The translations under genes were made by a program, and so were the position numbers. From positions 124,928-188,927 of the forward strand of contig NZ_JAWEGM010000001.1 in NCBI RefSeq assembly GCF_032472435.1: a DNA stretch of 64,000 nt, in the 5' to 3' direction. A model generated the notes under the pieces. It made no database searches. It was not told the origin of the DNA and saw only the letters and a program-made list of their open reading frames with translations. Below, piece after piece: positions 20,641-32,100 of this stretch. Source of the stretch: Veillonella parvula. Lineage in GTDB: Bacteria > Bacillota > Negativicutes > Veillonellales > Veillonellaceae. Each line of letters begins with the position of its first letter. Position 1 is the stretch's first letter.

Positions 20641-20705
20641 TAGCATAACCATATATATATTGAGGACTCTCTTTGGAGGGTCCTTTTTTATGTGGTGAAA
20701 GTAAT
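20620..20705 (+). repeat. Direct repeat copy 1: last 21 nt of rplT plus its terminator (hairpin 20664-20689)
   Basis: The segments gaagtagctaaaaacgcttaatagcataa and aggactctctttggagggtcctttttt recur at 21355-21438. Confidence 0.9.
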
Positions 20706-20783
20706 AGATTATCAATACTTTTATAATATGATATTCTATACATATAATGTGTGTGATAATATTAAAAGAGAGGATTTAAATTA

Positions 20784-21338
20784 ATGAAAAAGTTATTTTC
20801 TATGTTATTGTTAGTATGTATAGTAATACCATTACAAATTCAAGCTATATCGATGGAAGCTATTAAAAATGATAAGAATAATATTCCTATTCTTACAGGG
20901 AAAAATGCCATTACGTATTTTGTAGACAAGAGTTCTATTAAAAGAATAGAAGAGAACCAGTTTATTTATAAAGCACAGGCAGTTGTATATGAGGTTGAAA
21001 ATAATAATAGTCGTAGAACTAACTCATATATTCACAAGGTTTTAGTTACTTATCGTTATAATATAAACCATTCTGTAGCCAGCGTATTACGTACTCCACA
21101 GTATGCACAAGACTATTCACTCCTCATATATGCTAAACAAGCTAGCTCTGGTATGAAATTAACGATAAATAGTGTGGAAGATTTTAATTATGAAGGTGTG
21201 GCTTTGGGGAATTTCGGTAATATTCCACAACAATATGTTGATGTAGCTTTGCGTGATCCTAAATATGTTGTAGGTAACTATATCTTTAAAGAAGCTTATG
21301 GTACAGCTTTTGAAAATATGGCTCTTCATAAGAAATAA
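20784..21338 (+). CDS. Secreted hypothetical protein
   Basis: Signal peptide MKKLFSMLLLVCIVIPLQIQA. GAGAGGA RBS. No family recognised. Confidence 0.6.
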   Translation: MKKLFSMLLLVCIVIPLQIQAISMEAIKNDKNNIPILTGKNAITYFVDKSSIKRIEENQFIYKAQAVVYEVENNNSRRTNSYIHKVLVTYRYNINHSVASVLRTPQYAQDYSLLIYAKQASSGMKLTINSVEDFNYEGVALGNFGNIPQQYVDVALRDPKYVVGNYIFKEAYGTAFENMALHKK

Positions 21339-21354
21339 GATAAATGAGTTTATG

Positions 21355-21438
21355 GAAGTAGCTAAAAACGCTTAATAGCATAATAATACAGATTAAGGAC
21401 TCTCTTTGGAGGGTCCTTTTTTGTATGGTGAAAGTATG
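21355..21438 (+). repeat. Direct repeat copy 2: orphan rplT 3'-end fragment plus terminator (hairpin 21397-21422)
   Basis: Contains the same 29-nt and 27-nt identical blocks as copy 1, including the rplT stop codon context. Confidence 0.9.
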
Positions 21439-21606
21439 ATATAGCTACATTTATATTTTAGTGTAAAATACTAAATCGTTTTAGCTGTTTTATAAAGTGA
21501 AATAAACTATCAAAAAAGTAAAATATAAAAGAGGAGTTTTATTATAGCTTGTAGAACTAACATAGTAATAAACCTATTTAAGGTGCTTGTAAAAGGAGAC
21601 ATTATT

Positions 21607-22248
21607 ATGGGAATCTTTAAAAAGCTATGTATGACCTCTATGTTAGGTGTTATGTTAACTGTACCAACGTATGCAACTGTTGTTACAGGCAGTCAATCAG
21701 ATGTAAATTTAGATTTAAAGTATCCTTTAGTTTATACAGATCATGCTTATGCTCAAAGAGTTATTAATACAGATATTGCAAATTATGTACTCGAAGCAAA
21801 GGATATGTATTACAACCAACATATTTATCAAGTTTCTCAAAACTATAAGGTTACCTATGAGGATAGTCAAGTTGTTTCAATCCTACTAACTACCTATTAT
21901 TACTACGCCGGAGCTGCTCATGGTATGTATAATACAAGAGGTCTTGTATATAATAAAGTAACAGGTCAACGCATTCCATTATATAACTATATAAAAATTG
22001 CGAATGCAGCACAATTGGATAACGGCTTACGATCCCATGTATTAAGTTATTATACAGGTAATCATACAAAGAGCTATATTCCAAGTGGATGGAGTGTAAA
22101 ATATGTAACCGATAACTATTGCTTACGTGGTAAGGGGAACATTGATCTAGTTTACCAACCATATGAACTAGGACCGTACGCAGCTGGTAATACCTATATT
22201 GGTTTTACACCAAAAGCCATTGAATACTTTAACAGAATGAACTCCTGA
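21607..22248 (+). CDS. Secreted DUF3298/DUF4163-type protein (RsiV/PdaC C-terminal-like fold)
   Basis: Signal peptide. Motifs YYYAGAAHGMY and DLVYQPYELGPYAAG are typical of DUF3298. AAAGGAGA RBS before the ATG at 21607. Confidence 0.65.
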   Translation: MGIFKKLCMTSMLGVMLTVPTYATVVTGSQSDVNLDLKYPLVYTDHAYAQRVINTDIANYVLEAKDMYYNQHIYQVSQNYKVTYEDSQVVSILLTTYYYYAGAAHGMYNTRGLVYNKVTGQRIPLYNYIKIANAAQLDNGLRSHVLSYYTGNHTKSYIPSGWSVKYVTDNYCLRGKGNIDLVYQPYELGPYAAGNTYIGFTPKAIEYFNRMNS

Positions 22249-22322
22249 TAAAAGTATGTTGCTATATTGATCCTAACTGTATTTTGATGAATTAAATAGT
22301 ATTCTTGTAATATACGACAAAA

Positions 22323-22351
22323 GCCTATAGTACATTTTTAGTACTATAGGC
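22323..22351. terminator. Bidirectional terminator
   Basis: GCCTATAGTAC-ATTTTTA-GTACTATAGGC perfect palindrome between convergent genes. Confidence 0.75.
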
Positions 22352-22370
22352 CTTTATCGTATTTACCATA

Positions 22371-22607
22371 TTATCTTCTAAATCCGCCGCATCCTCTAGT
22401 ATTAGAGTTTGGACCGCAATAATTTTGGTTGTTATTGGTGCCTGGTGCATAGTTAGTATTGTTCGTATTGTTATCGGAGTTGTATTGTGTGTTAGTGTTG
22501 CAATTGTACTGAGAGTTATTGCATACATAATCGTAAGCAAATCCAGTAGATACAACAGCGGTTACGGCTAAAGCAGTCATGATGAGTATACGTTTTGTAA
22601 ATTTCAT
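22371..22607 (-). CDS. Small secreted Asn-rich, 4-Cys peptide (78-aa precursor)
   Basis: AAGGAGG RBS. Signal peptide MKFTKRILIMTALAVTAVVSTGFA. The mature part is Asn/Tyr/Thr-rich with 4 Cys. A terminator follows. Confidence 0.6.
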   Translation of the reverse strand: MKFTKRILIMTALAVTAVVSTGFAYDYVCNNSQYNCNTNTQYNSDNNTNNTNYAPGTNNNQNYCGPNSNTRGCGGFRR

Positions 22608-22718
22608 AGTAATTACCTCCTTGTTCCTATATTTATATTATACTACTATGAGTCAAATAAAATATGATATTCTATATATATAATATTGGGGAGACATTAT
22701 GTGAAAGGATGAGAGTTT

Positions 22719-23927
22719 ATGATGAAACGTGCGTTAATGGCTGCACTATGTTTTAGTTTTGTGACATTAGGTAGCCAAGCAATTGATATTAATATACCAG
22801 GTGCGGATCCTACAATATCGAAGGATGCATATCAGAATTATCGTAAGACTGGTAATGAAGTCCAAAAGACTGAAAATATTATAGCTAATCAGATACGAGA
22901 TGAATATAACAATAATGGGTCTAAAAAATGGACACTAGATGAGTTGTTATACTTTACTAAGGAATTGTATCATTCCACAAAACAGTCTTCTTCTGTTTTT
23001 ATTCTTAAGGATAATGGGGCAAATATTAAATTTACTGTACCAGAGAGTAGCCAATTTGGTAAAACTATAAAAGGGGACCCATTAACTACAGATGTTCAAA
23101 AAGGAAATTTCCGCTTAATTGAAGGAAATATACATTATACTATTCGTAAGAGTGGTGAAAGCCAAGCTAAGGAAAATTCGTTCTCGTATCCTACTGTTAG
23201 AAATGCTACATGGGAGATTGGGCAGACTAAAAGTGGAGCTTTAGAAGGGGCCATTAACTTTGGTGTAAAGTCCGATCCTTTGATGTCTTATCATATTAGT
23301 TATGATTTGATTAAGAAAAAGGAACTAGAACTATTAAAGACACATGATCAGGAGTATGTGTATAAAGAGCTAATGTCACCATTAGTTAATTATGTACTAC
23401 CTTCAATTGAACCAGCAAAACAAATACTTTCAAAAACTAAACCCATAACTATTAATGGATTTACTTTTCAAACTTTAAAATCAAGTGATTTGGCCTATCA
23501 TGGCCCTGATAATGATGCAATTTATATCTATGATGGTAAAAAATATCGTGAAGGTATTATGGTGAGAGAATTAAAACCGGAAGAGTTGGCTAATCGTCAT
23601 CAAATTAATTATAAATTGATACGATTCTTCATTATGTATAAGCCATATTCTGATTTCAAGCCAATTCAATATGCAACGGTTTGGAATGATGCCACTCCTG
23701 CTATCTATATGGAAGTAGAACGATCTACATCTAGAATGTACATTCAATCATTATATGATGATAAATACTTATATACTCACTTTATAATGGCCGATTTAGA
23801 TTATAAAACACCATCAAAAGACTTGCGTGATATAGTTCAATATGTAGACAATGCAAATGATAAAGACAAATACGCTAAAAGCCAAGCTGGGATGGGAGCT
23901 ACGCCTAAAGGTATATATGAAAACTGA
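22719..23927 (+). CDS. Secreted hypothetical protein, paralogue of 46838-48181
   Basis: Signal peptide. Blocks shared with the paralogue: (A)[IV]D[IV]NIPGAD..IS..AY..Y, SP(I)LVNYVLPSI.P, and VWND..P.I. Confidence 0.65.
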   Translation: MMKRALMAALCFSFVTLGSQAIDINIPGADPTISKDAYQNYRKTGNEVQKTENIIANQIRDEYNNNGSKKWTLDELLYFTKELYHSTKQSSSVFILKDNGANIKFTVPESSQFGKTIKGDPLTTDVQKGNFRLIEGNIHYTIRKSGESQAKENSFSYPTVRNATWEIGQTKSGALEGAINFGVKSDPLMSYHISYDLIKKKELELLKTHDQEYVYKELMSPLVNYVLPSIEPAKQILSKTKPITINGFTFQTLKSSDLAYHGPDNDAIYIYDGKKYREGIMVRELKPEELANRHQINYKLIRFFIMYKPYSDFKPIQYATVWNDATPAIYMEVERSTSRMYIQSLYDDKYLYTHFIMADLDYKTPSKDLRDIVQYVDNANDKDKYAKSQAGMGATPKGIYEN

Positions 23928-23962
23928 TCTGTAAACAAGATAGGAAACTAATAAACATACAA

Positions 23963-23999
23963 GCCTGTGGAACTGTATAATCAGTTTCACAGGCCTTTT
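23963..23999 (+). terminator. Rho-independent terminator
   Basis: GCCTGTGGAACTG-TATAAT-CAGTTTCACAGGC hairpin followed by CTTTTG. Confidence 0.8.
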
Positions 24000-24344
24000 G
24001 CTTATATATACTACGTTTATGGGTGGTATGTACCACAAGGTATATAACCATTAATATATAATAGTATAAAATAATCATTTAAATGTATTAATTCCGTATA
24101 TTTAAAAATTGGTATTATAATTTGTAAATAAACTTATATAAACAGTCGTTTATTAACGGAAATAGTTTGAAAATGTTATAATGAAAGTTAGATTAATATT
24201 TATTTTTATTTTTATTGTTAAATTGATAAGATAATAATCTTAAGCGTTAATAACCTAAAAGTATTTATGAAAATAATGAACAATGAAGCCTAATATAATT
24301 AGAATTGCTGAGTTTTATTAATTAAATATTCAGGAGGGCATTTC

Positions 24345-24950
24345 TTGATGATAAATGGTAAATATAGTGCAGGATTGGTTTCTCAATCTTTTTGGTTTGT
24401 AGAGTTTAAACGAGTAGTGAATTTACTAAATCATGGAGAGACAGAAGAGAAAATCAAATCTTTATGTTTAGAAGAAAATCTATTCGGTGCTGCTAAAGAA
24501 TATAGAGCTAAAAGAATCTATGGATATATTTGGAATCGTGTAAAACAATTAGATGAAGGCTTGATAAAACTATTTTGGGAATCTGATTTAGCTACACAAA
24601 AGATTATCAATTTAATATGCATATTAAAAATAGATCGTCTGTTTTTCGAGTTCCTATATGAAGTATATAGAGAGAAAGCAATTCTTGGATTTGATAAAAT
24701 TGAAGATACTGATATAAGTGCTTTCTTTAATAGAAAAGAAATACAAAATGATGATATTGCTAGTTGGACAGATGAAACAAAAAAAAGACTTCGTAATATA
24801 TATACCAATTATATGGTAGATGCAAATCTATTAATAGTTGTAGATAAAGAAAAAAAAATTACAGTACCAATTCTTGATTTATCTTTAGAACGGTATCTCA
24901 AAGAAAATGGCGATGAGGTATTAGTAAAGGCTTTAACTGGGGGGAGATAA
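24345..24950 (+). CDS. brxA: BREX type 1 protein BrxA (DUF1819)
   Basis: Size about 200 aa. First gene of the canonical six-gene order. GGAGG RBS. The start is TTG 24345 or ATG 24348. Confidence 0.8.
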   Translation: MMINGKYSAGLVSQSFWFVEFKRVVNLLNHGETEEKIKSLCLEENLFGAAKEYRAKRIYGYIWNRVKQLDEGLIKLFWESDLATQKIINLICILKIDRLFFEFLYEVYREKAILGFDKIEDTDISAFFNRKEIQNDDIASWTDETKKRLRNIYTNYMVDANLLIVVDKEKKITVPILDLSLERYLKENGDEVLVKALTGGR

Positions 24951-25526
24951 ATGACCTTAGATGAACGATTAGATATAGTTGAAGAAATGATAAAAAGGCC
25001 ATCTTTTAGAGAAAATAAAGGCCTTGGAAATGAAGTAGGCTATTATATATTTGATTATCCAGCTGAAAAGGAACTTATTGTAAGGGAAAGAATTAACTAT
25101 ATCAGAAAAAAGAATGAGAGCTCAATTGAGAAATATAAGGTAGTAGTATTTGATCTTTATGATATTACAATCAGTATTTTGAAAGAAAAAGGGTATTTAG
25201 AAAAGTGTTATGATTTTGAGCGTAAATATGGATTCGAAAGAATAGTTAAATCAGTTGGTAATATGTTAAGAATCACATCATCAAATAGCTTGATTATACA
25301 GCACATTAAAGGGAATACTCCTGAGAATGCAATTATATTTATCACTGGGATTGGAAAGTGTTATCCGATACTTCGGTCTCATACATTATTGAATAATTTA
25401 CATCAGGTTATAGATGATGTACCGGTGGTTATGTTTTATCCTGGTAATTATGATGGACAAGAATTAGTTCTGTTTGGGGAAGTTAAAGACGATAATTATT
25501 ATAGAGCATTTAAGTTAGTTGATTAG
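24951..25526 (+). CDS. brxB: BREX type 1 protein BrxB (DUF1788)
   Basis: About 190 aa. Its start abuts the brxA stop. Second position in the operon. Contains the NEVGYYIFDYPAEKEL block. Confidence 0.8.
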   Translation: MTLDERLDIVEEMIKRPSFRENKGLGNEVGYYIFDYPAEKELIVRERINYIRKKNESSIEKYKVVVFDLYDITISILKEKGYLEKCYDFERKYGFERIVKSVGNMLRITSSNSLIIQHIKGNTPENAIIFITGIGKCYPILRSHTLLNNLHQVIDDVPVVMFYPGNYDGQELVLFGEVKDDNYYRAFKLVD

Positions 25527-25538
25527 TTGGAGAAAAAA

Positions 25539-28500
25539 ATGAAAATTAAGGATATTTTTTCTAAACCTATCGATAGAGATATTAAAGGTGTAATTAAAGT
25601 AGGTCAAGATGATAGTGTTAGTATTCAACAAGAATTAGAAGAGTATGTTGTAACACGAGAGTTACAAAAACATTTTGCGGATTTCTTTGCAGGTTATAAA
25701 AGAGGTATCAATGGGAATACAGATAAAATGGGGGTATGGATATCTGGGTTCTTTGGCAGTGGTAAATCTCACTTCTTAAAAATTTTATCGTATTTAATTG
25801 CTAATAGAGAAGTAAATGGCAAGACCGCTCTTCAGTACTTTGAGGAAGATAATAAAATTGCTGATCCAATTGTATTAGCAGATATGCGCCTTGCCTCTAC
25901 AGTGCCTACGGATGTTGTGCTGTTCAATATTGACTCAAAAAGCGAAGTTAATGGAAAACAGTCGAAAGTTGCAATTGTTTCTGTATTACAAAATGTATTT
26001 AATGAAATGCAAGGCTTTAGTGGTTCTAATCCTTTCTTAGCTGATTTAGAAAGAAAACTTTCTTATGAGGAAAAGTTTGATCTATTTAAAGAAAAATTCA
26101 AAGAGAAATTTGGTGCTAGTTGGTTAGAAGCACGTAACGACTTTGACTTTATTCAAGATGATGTTGTTGAAGTTCTATCAGATATTGAGTTTATGAGTAA
26201 AGATGCTGGACGAAACTGGTGTGAGAAAGCTATTGGAGAATACCCTTATAAAGTCGAAGCATTCGCTGGATTAGTAAAGGAATATTTAGATAGAAAAGGA
26301 AGTAATCATCATATAGCTTTTCTAATTGATGAAATTGGTCAATATATTGGTGATGACTCTAAACTTATGCTCAATCTTCAAACTGTTACAGAAGACTTGG
26401 GAACTATTTGTCAAGGTCGAGCATGGATTATTGTAACTTCGCAACAAGATATTGATTCTATTACAAAAACAAAAGGAAATGACTTTTCTAAGATTCAAGG
26501 GCGTTTTGATACTAGAATTTCTTTATCATCCTCAAATGTAGATGAAGTAATAAGAAAGAGAATTCTTGAAAAAAATAAAGTGGGCCGGGAAACCCTTAAG
26601 TTATTATATGATGATAAATCGACAGTTATTAAGAATCTTATTCTTTTTAACGATGGTGTAGAAAAGAAATTATATACTGATAGAGAGAATTTTGCAGATG
26701 TGTACCCATTTATTCCTTATCAGTTTAATTTGCTTGCAAGTGTACTGACATCTATTCGCACTCATGGTGCTTCAGGCAAACATCTTGCTGAAGGTGAGCG
26801 TTCTATGATTGCTTTATTTAAAGAATCAGCTGTTAAGATTATGGATACTGAAGCAGGTGCTATCGTGCCATTTAATATGTTTTATGATGCCTTAGAACAA
26901 TTTTTAGATCACTCGCATAAGGGTGTGATTTCAAGAGCTTTAGATAATGAATATTTAAATCCACTGCATGAAAAAGAAAGTTTTGATGTTAATGTATTAA
27001 AGGCATTATTTATGATTAAATATGTCAAAGAAATTAAAGCCAATATTGAAAATATTACAAGCTTAATGGTTTCAAATATTAATGATGACCGTATGGATTT
27101 AACATCAAAAGTTGAGGATGCATTAACAAGATTGACTCGTCAAACCCTTGTACAGAAGAATGGTGATATCTATATATTTCTTACTGATGAAGAACAAGAA
27201 ATTAATCGAGCAATAGAATCTCAAAATGTCGAGTCTGGCGAAATAATTAATAAAGTATCTGAACTTATCTTTGATGGATTATATGATGAAAAGAAATATC
27301 GTTATCCTGCTTTTAATGGTAGATACGCTTTTGCTTTTAATCAGTTTGTAGATGATAAACCGTATAAAGCTAATCAAAGTCATGATATCACCTTAAAAAT
27401 TCTTACGCCTAATAGTGATGAATTAGTAGATGATACAACATTAAGATTAAGTTCTGGGCGAAGTAATATTGTATTAGTGGTATTACCTAGTGATAGAAGT
27501 TTCCTTGATGAAATTCGCTCCGCTTTACAAATTGAAAAATTTATTCGTTGTGATACAACTAATTCTATAACGAAGTTTGAAATGATAAAAGAAGCTAAAA
27601 AGATTGAAATGCGAGATAGAGCTGAATCTGCCAAGATTTATTTAGCAGAAAGCCTTAAAGAATCCAGAATCTATGTAAATCTTGATGAAGTTAAAACGAT
27701 TTCGAAAGATATTACTACTAGAATTAATGAGGCTATTGGTAAATTGGTATCTAATGTATATCATAAGCTTGACTACATTGATGCTGCTATGAATGAAAGT
27801 GATATTCGTTTTTTATTCAAATCTAAAAATAAGCAGCTAACTTTACTTGAAGATAATAAAATTTCTAATACGCTTGCATTAGATGAAGTTAAAGGATATA
27901 TATCTACCAATACCCAAAAACATGTTAAAACTTCTATGAAAACTTTACTTGATCGGTTTTTAAAAGCTCCTTATGGATTTGTAGAATCTGATGTCCAATG
28001 GATCGTTGCCAAACTATTTAAAGATGGAGATATTTCCCTATTTGTAAATAATGAAGCTATTACTTTAATTTCTAAATCAGAAGACGATATTATTCGCTAT
28101 ATAACTCGTAAAGAATTCAATGAAAAATTGATGGTTGAAATAAAAATTAAGGCTAATGAAAAGCAAAAGAAATCTGTCAAAGAGGTAATGAAAGAGTTAT
28201 TTAGATTAACTATTTCAAGCGAAGATGATGATGCTATGATGAAGAGCTTTTTAGAAGAGGCTAATAGATTAAAAGAAAAGCTTGACTCATTGAACAGATA
28301 TTATGAGGCACAGCCTAATTATCCTGGCAAACAAATTATAAGTAAGGGCAAGTCTTTGATGCTGAACGTGCTTCAAATGAAGTATTCAAAAGAGTTCTTT
28401 AGCAGTATTGACAAAGAGAAAGATGATTATCTTGATTTTGCTGAAGATTATGAAATAGTAATGAACTTTTTTGAAAGTGATCAAAAAGGTATCTTTGATA

Positions 28501-29150
28501 AAGCACTTAAATTAATGGGGATTTATGAGAATAGTAAGAATTTTGTTGTTAATAACGAAATTGAAAAAGTAGTTTCTGAAATAAATGAAATAATAAAGAT
28601 GCCTAATCCTTATGGACAGATTTTTAGACTACCGGATCTGTTAGATAAATTTAATAATCTTTATGATTCATTACTGCAAGAAATGCAGAAACCAGTCGAT
28701 GAGGCAGTTCAAGATGCTATGAAGCGTGTATTTAATGAATTAAATGGTAAGCTTTGCCAAGGTGTTCTAGAAGATAAATTTATTAAAACCTTTAAAGAAA
28801 TTAAGGATAAAATAGAAACATGTAATGATTTAGCGGTTCTTCAAAGTATCATATTAGAAGTAAATACATTAAAACTTCGTTTCTTGAATGAAATTAATTC
28901 AGAAGAAGAAATTTTAATTAATAATCAGAAAACTGAAATAAATGATACCTCAATTGTGGAACCTACTGAGCAGGAGAATAGCGTATCATTGGCTCCAATA
29001 AAAAAAATAAAAACTATTAGCTTCAAAGAGCTTAATAAATCTTCTTGGCAAATTGAAACAGAAGCTGATGTCAAAAAATATATTGATGTATTGGAAAAGC
29101 AATTAATTAATTCATTAGAGGAAAACACTATTATTAATATTGAGTTCTAG
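25539..29150 (+). CDS. brxC: BREX ATPase BrxC/PglY
   Basis: About 1200 aa. N-terminus IKDIFSKPIDRDIKGVIKV and Walker A GFFGSGKSHFLK. The ATG at 25539 follows GGAG. Confidence 0.9.
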   Translation: MKIKDIFSKPIDRDIKGVIKVGQDDSVSIQQELEEYVVTRELQKHFADFFAGYKRGINGNTDKMGVWISGFFGSGKSHFLKILSYLIANREVNGKTALQYFEEDNKIADPIVLADMRLASTVPTDVVLFNIDSKSEVNGKQSKVAIVSVLQNVFNEMQGFSGSNPFLADLERKLSYEEKFDLFKEKFKEKFGASWLEARNDFDFIQDDVVEVLSDIEFMSKDAGRNWCEKAIGEYPYKVEAFAGLVKEYLDRKGSNHHIAFLIDEIGQYIGDDSKLMLNLQTVTEDLGTICQGRAWIIVTSQQDIDSITKTKGNDFSKIQGRFDTRISLSSSNVDEVIRKRILEKNKVGRETLKLLYDDKSTVIKNLILFNDGVEKKLYTDRENFADVYPFIPYQFNLLASVLTSIRTHGASGKHLAEGERSMIALFKESAVKIMDTEAGAIVPFNMFYDALEQFLDHSHKGVISRALDNEYLNPLHEKESFDVNVLKALFMIKYVKEIKANIENITSLMVSNINDDRMDLTSKVEDALTRLTRQTLVQKNGDIYIFLTDEEQEINRAIESQNVESGEIINKVSELIFDGLYDEKKYRYPAFNGRYAFAFNQFVDDKPYKANQSHDITLKILTPNSDELVDDTTLRLSSGRSNIVLVVLPSDRSFLDEIRSALQIEKFIRCDTTNSITKFEMIKEAKKIEMRDRAESAKIYLAESLKESRIYVNLDEVKTISKDITTRINEAIGKLVSNVYHKLDYIDAAMNESDIRFLFKSKNKQLTLLEDNKISNTLALDEVKGYISTNTQKHVKTSMKTLLDRFLKAPYGFVESDVQWIVAKLFKDGDISLFVNNEAITLISKSEDDIIRYITRKEFNEKLMVEIKIKANEKQKKSVKEVMKELFRLTISSEDDDAMMKSFLEEANRLKEKLDSLNRYYEAQPNYPGKQIISKGKSLMLNVLQMKYSKEFFSSIDKEKDDYLDFAEDYEIVMNFFESDQKGIFDKALKLMGIYENSKNFVVNNEIEKVVSEINEIIKMPNPYGQIFRLPDLLDKFNNLYDSLLQEMQKPVDEAVQDAMKRVFNELNGKLCQGVLEDKFIKTFKEIKDKIETCNDLAVLQSIILEVNTLKLRFLNEINSEEEILINNQKTEINDTSIVEPTEQENSVSLAPIKKIKTISFKELNKSSWQIETEADVKKYIDVLEKQLINSLEENTIINIEF

Positions 29151-29164
29151 TAGAGGGGCAAATT

Positions 29165-32100
29165 GTGAATAAAATAGAAATTAGAAAATTCGCCGAATGG
29201 GCTAGAGAAAAACTCATATCAGATATTATTTATAAGGCCGGAATGTTAGGCATCAATGAAAAAAGAATTATTGATAAGCTACCACAATCAACAGAAGATT
29301 TACATTTTTTTGATATTGGAACTAAAGAGTATGTACAAATTTCTGGAGAAGAATTAAAGCAAAGAGCTGCTCTTGTACAAACCATTAGAGATAGAGAAAA
29401 GAACTATAAATCTTATAAAGAGGCATTTGATACTATTGTAGAAGAGATTGCATATACTTGGTTTAACAGATTAATTGCTATTCGTTTTATGGAAGTAAAT
29501 GATTATTTGCCTTCAGGTATTCGAGTACTTTCATCTGAAAATGTGGTAAAGAAAGAACCCGATTTAGTAACAGATCCATTTAATGCAGATTTAGATTTGA
29601 CTGATATTGAACAGAATAGAGTAATTGAGTTAAAAAATCAAAATAAATTTGATGAGTTATTTCGAATGCTTTTTATTAAGCAGTGTAATAAACTTCATGA
29701 AATACTACCAGAATTGTTTGAGAGAACAAGTGATTACACTGAATTATTGCTAACAATTTCTTATACCGATCTGGATGGAATTGTCTATAAATTAGTTCAT
29801 GATATTAAAGAAGCTGATTTCAATATTACAAGTGAAGGTGGACAAGTTGAGATTATTGGTTGGTTATATCAGTATTATATTTCAAAAAAACATGATGAAA
29901 TTATAAATATATATAAAGGAACTATAAAGAAGGCAGATATTCCAGCAGCTACTCAGTTATTTACAACGGATTGGGTAGTTCGATATATGGTAGATAACTC
30001 GTTAGGACGATATTGGATAGAACGGAATCCCAATAGTAAATTAATAGAGAAACTTGATTTTTTAGTTGTTCCTAAAGATGGTCAAATTAATTATGTGGAT
30101 GAAAAAATTGATCCTAAAGATTTAACTTTTTTTGATCCATGTATGGGAAGTGGTCATATTCTTGTTTATGCTTTTGATGTACTTATAGAGATTTATCGTG
30201 AATGTGGTTATTTGGATCGAGATGCTGCATTAAATATTATTCAACATAACCTATTTGGTATGGACATTGATAAACGTGCTTATCAATTGGCTTATTTTGC
30301 AATAATGATGAAAGCAAGAAGCTATAATCGTCGTGCTTTAACTCAAACTATATCTAATAATCTTTCTGTTATAGAAGAAAGTAATTCTATTGAACGTTTT
30401 ACTTTTGATGGCATTACAAATGATAAAGAACAAAATAAAATTGGGGAATATCTTGTAAATGCTTATAAAGATGCAAAAGAAATAGGTACCCTTCAAACAA
30501 TTGAAGAGTATGATTATAACTCTTTTAAAAAGTATCTTTTAAGTTTAGAAAAGAATGTATCACGATATGATATTTTTTCTTCCGCTTGGTTGATGTCAGT
30601 AGTACCATTTATGCTTCAATTGACAAAACAAGCTATAATTATGAGCAAGAAATATGCTGTTGTTTGTACAAATCCTCCATATATGAATAAGTTAGAGGGA
30701 CCTTTAAAAAAGTTTGTAGTAGATCATTATAAACCATATTCAAGCGATTTATTTAGTGTATTCATGTATAGAAATTTTGATTTCTGTAAGAAAAATGGAT
30801 ACTCTGCCTTTATGACCCCTAATGTATGGATGTTTATTAAGTCATATGAAAAATTAAGAGAGTATATTATCAACTCAAAGTCTATAGATTCGTTGGTTCA
30901 AATGGCAAAAGGAGCATTTTATAAGGAGGCTACAGTAGATATATGTGCATTTGTTTTGAGAAATGACTCTTTATGTAAATATGGAACTTATATAAGGTTG
31001 GATAAATTTAAAGGAGATATGGAAGTCCAAAGAATGGCTTTTCTAAAAGAGTTAGAATTATCATCTAATAATATTTTTATAAAAAGAATAGATGAGTTCA
31101 AAGATATTGAGGGATTTCCTATTGCTTATTGGATAAGTGAAACTACTAAATCCGTATTTAAGTCTCCAATCAATATTGGTAAAATTTCACCGCCAAAACA
31201 GGGACTAGCTACTGCAAATAATGATAGATTTTTAAGATTATGGTATGAGGTTGATATTAGTAAAATTGGGTTTGGAATTGGTTCTGTAGAAGAAGCTGCT
31301 ATATCAGAAAAAAAATGGTTCCCATACAATAAAGGTGGAGCTTATAGAAGATGGTATGGAAACAGGGAGTATATTGTTAATTGGGAAAATGATGGCTTTG
31401 AAATTAAAAACTTTAAAGATGAAAATGGTAAAGTGCGTTCTAGGCCCCAAAATATTCAATTTTACTTTAAACCGGCTATTACTTGGTCAGATACAACTAG
31501 TGCCAATTTTTCAGGACGTTATGCAGATAAAGGCTTCATTTTTGATGTTAAAGGTTCTAGTGGATTCCCAAGTAAACATGATTTAATGTATATTCTGGGT
31601 TTATTAAACTCCAATGTATCACAAGAGTTCATTAGAATTTTAAATCCTACTATTACAACCCAGGTTGGTGATATGGCAAGGATTCCAGTAATTCTTAACT
31701 CTCCATATAGAGATGAAGTTGAACTTATGGTAAAAGAAAATGTTGCCTTATCGAGACAAGACTGGGATGCATTTGAAGTCTCATGGGATTTTGAGAGACA
31801 TCCTTTAGTATGTATCGCACAAAGTTTTAGAGAACTAGTTGTTAATAAAAAAAATATTACAGATAGTTGGAATGAAAATAATAATTCGAATTTTTCTTTA
31901 GAAAGCTGTTATATGCTATGGCAAGAAAAGTGTATTAAGAGATTTAACAAAGTTAAGACGAATGAAGAGAGAATAAATGAAATATTTATTAATATATATG
32001 GGTTAGAAATAGAATTATCTCCGTTAGTAAGTGACAAAGAAGTGACTATACGTAAAGAAAATCTACAGCGAGAAATTAAATCTCTTATTTCTTATGCCGT

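Noticed and set aside
31300-31860. A8 homopolymer tracts inside pglX (about 31307-31314 and 31848-31855) as possible phase-variation switches.
   Set aside because: The gene is intact and in frame. Such short A-runs are common in this AT-rich island. There is no population or length-variation evidence in a single sequence.
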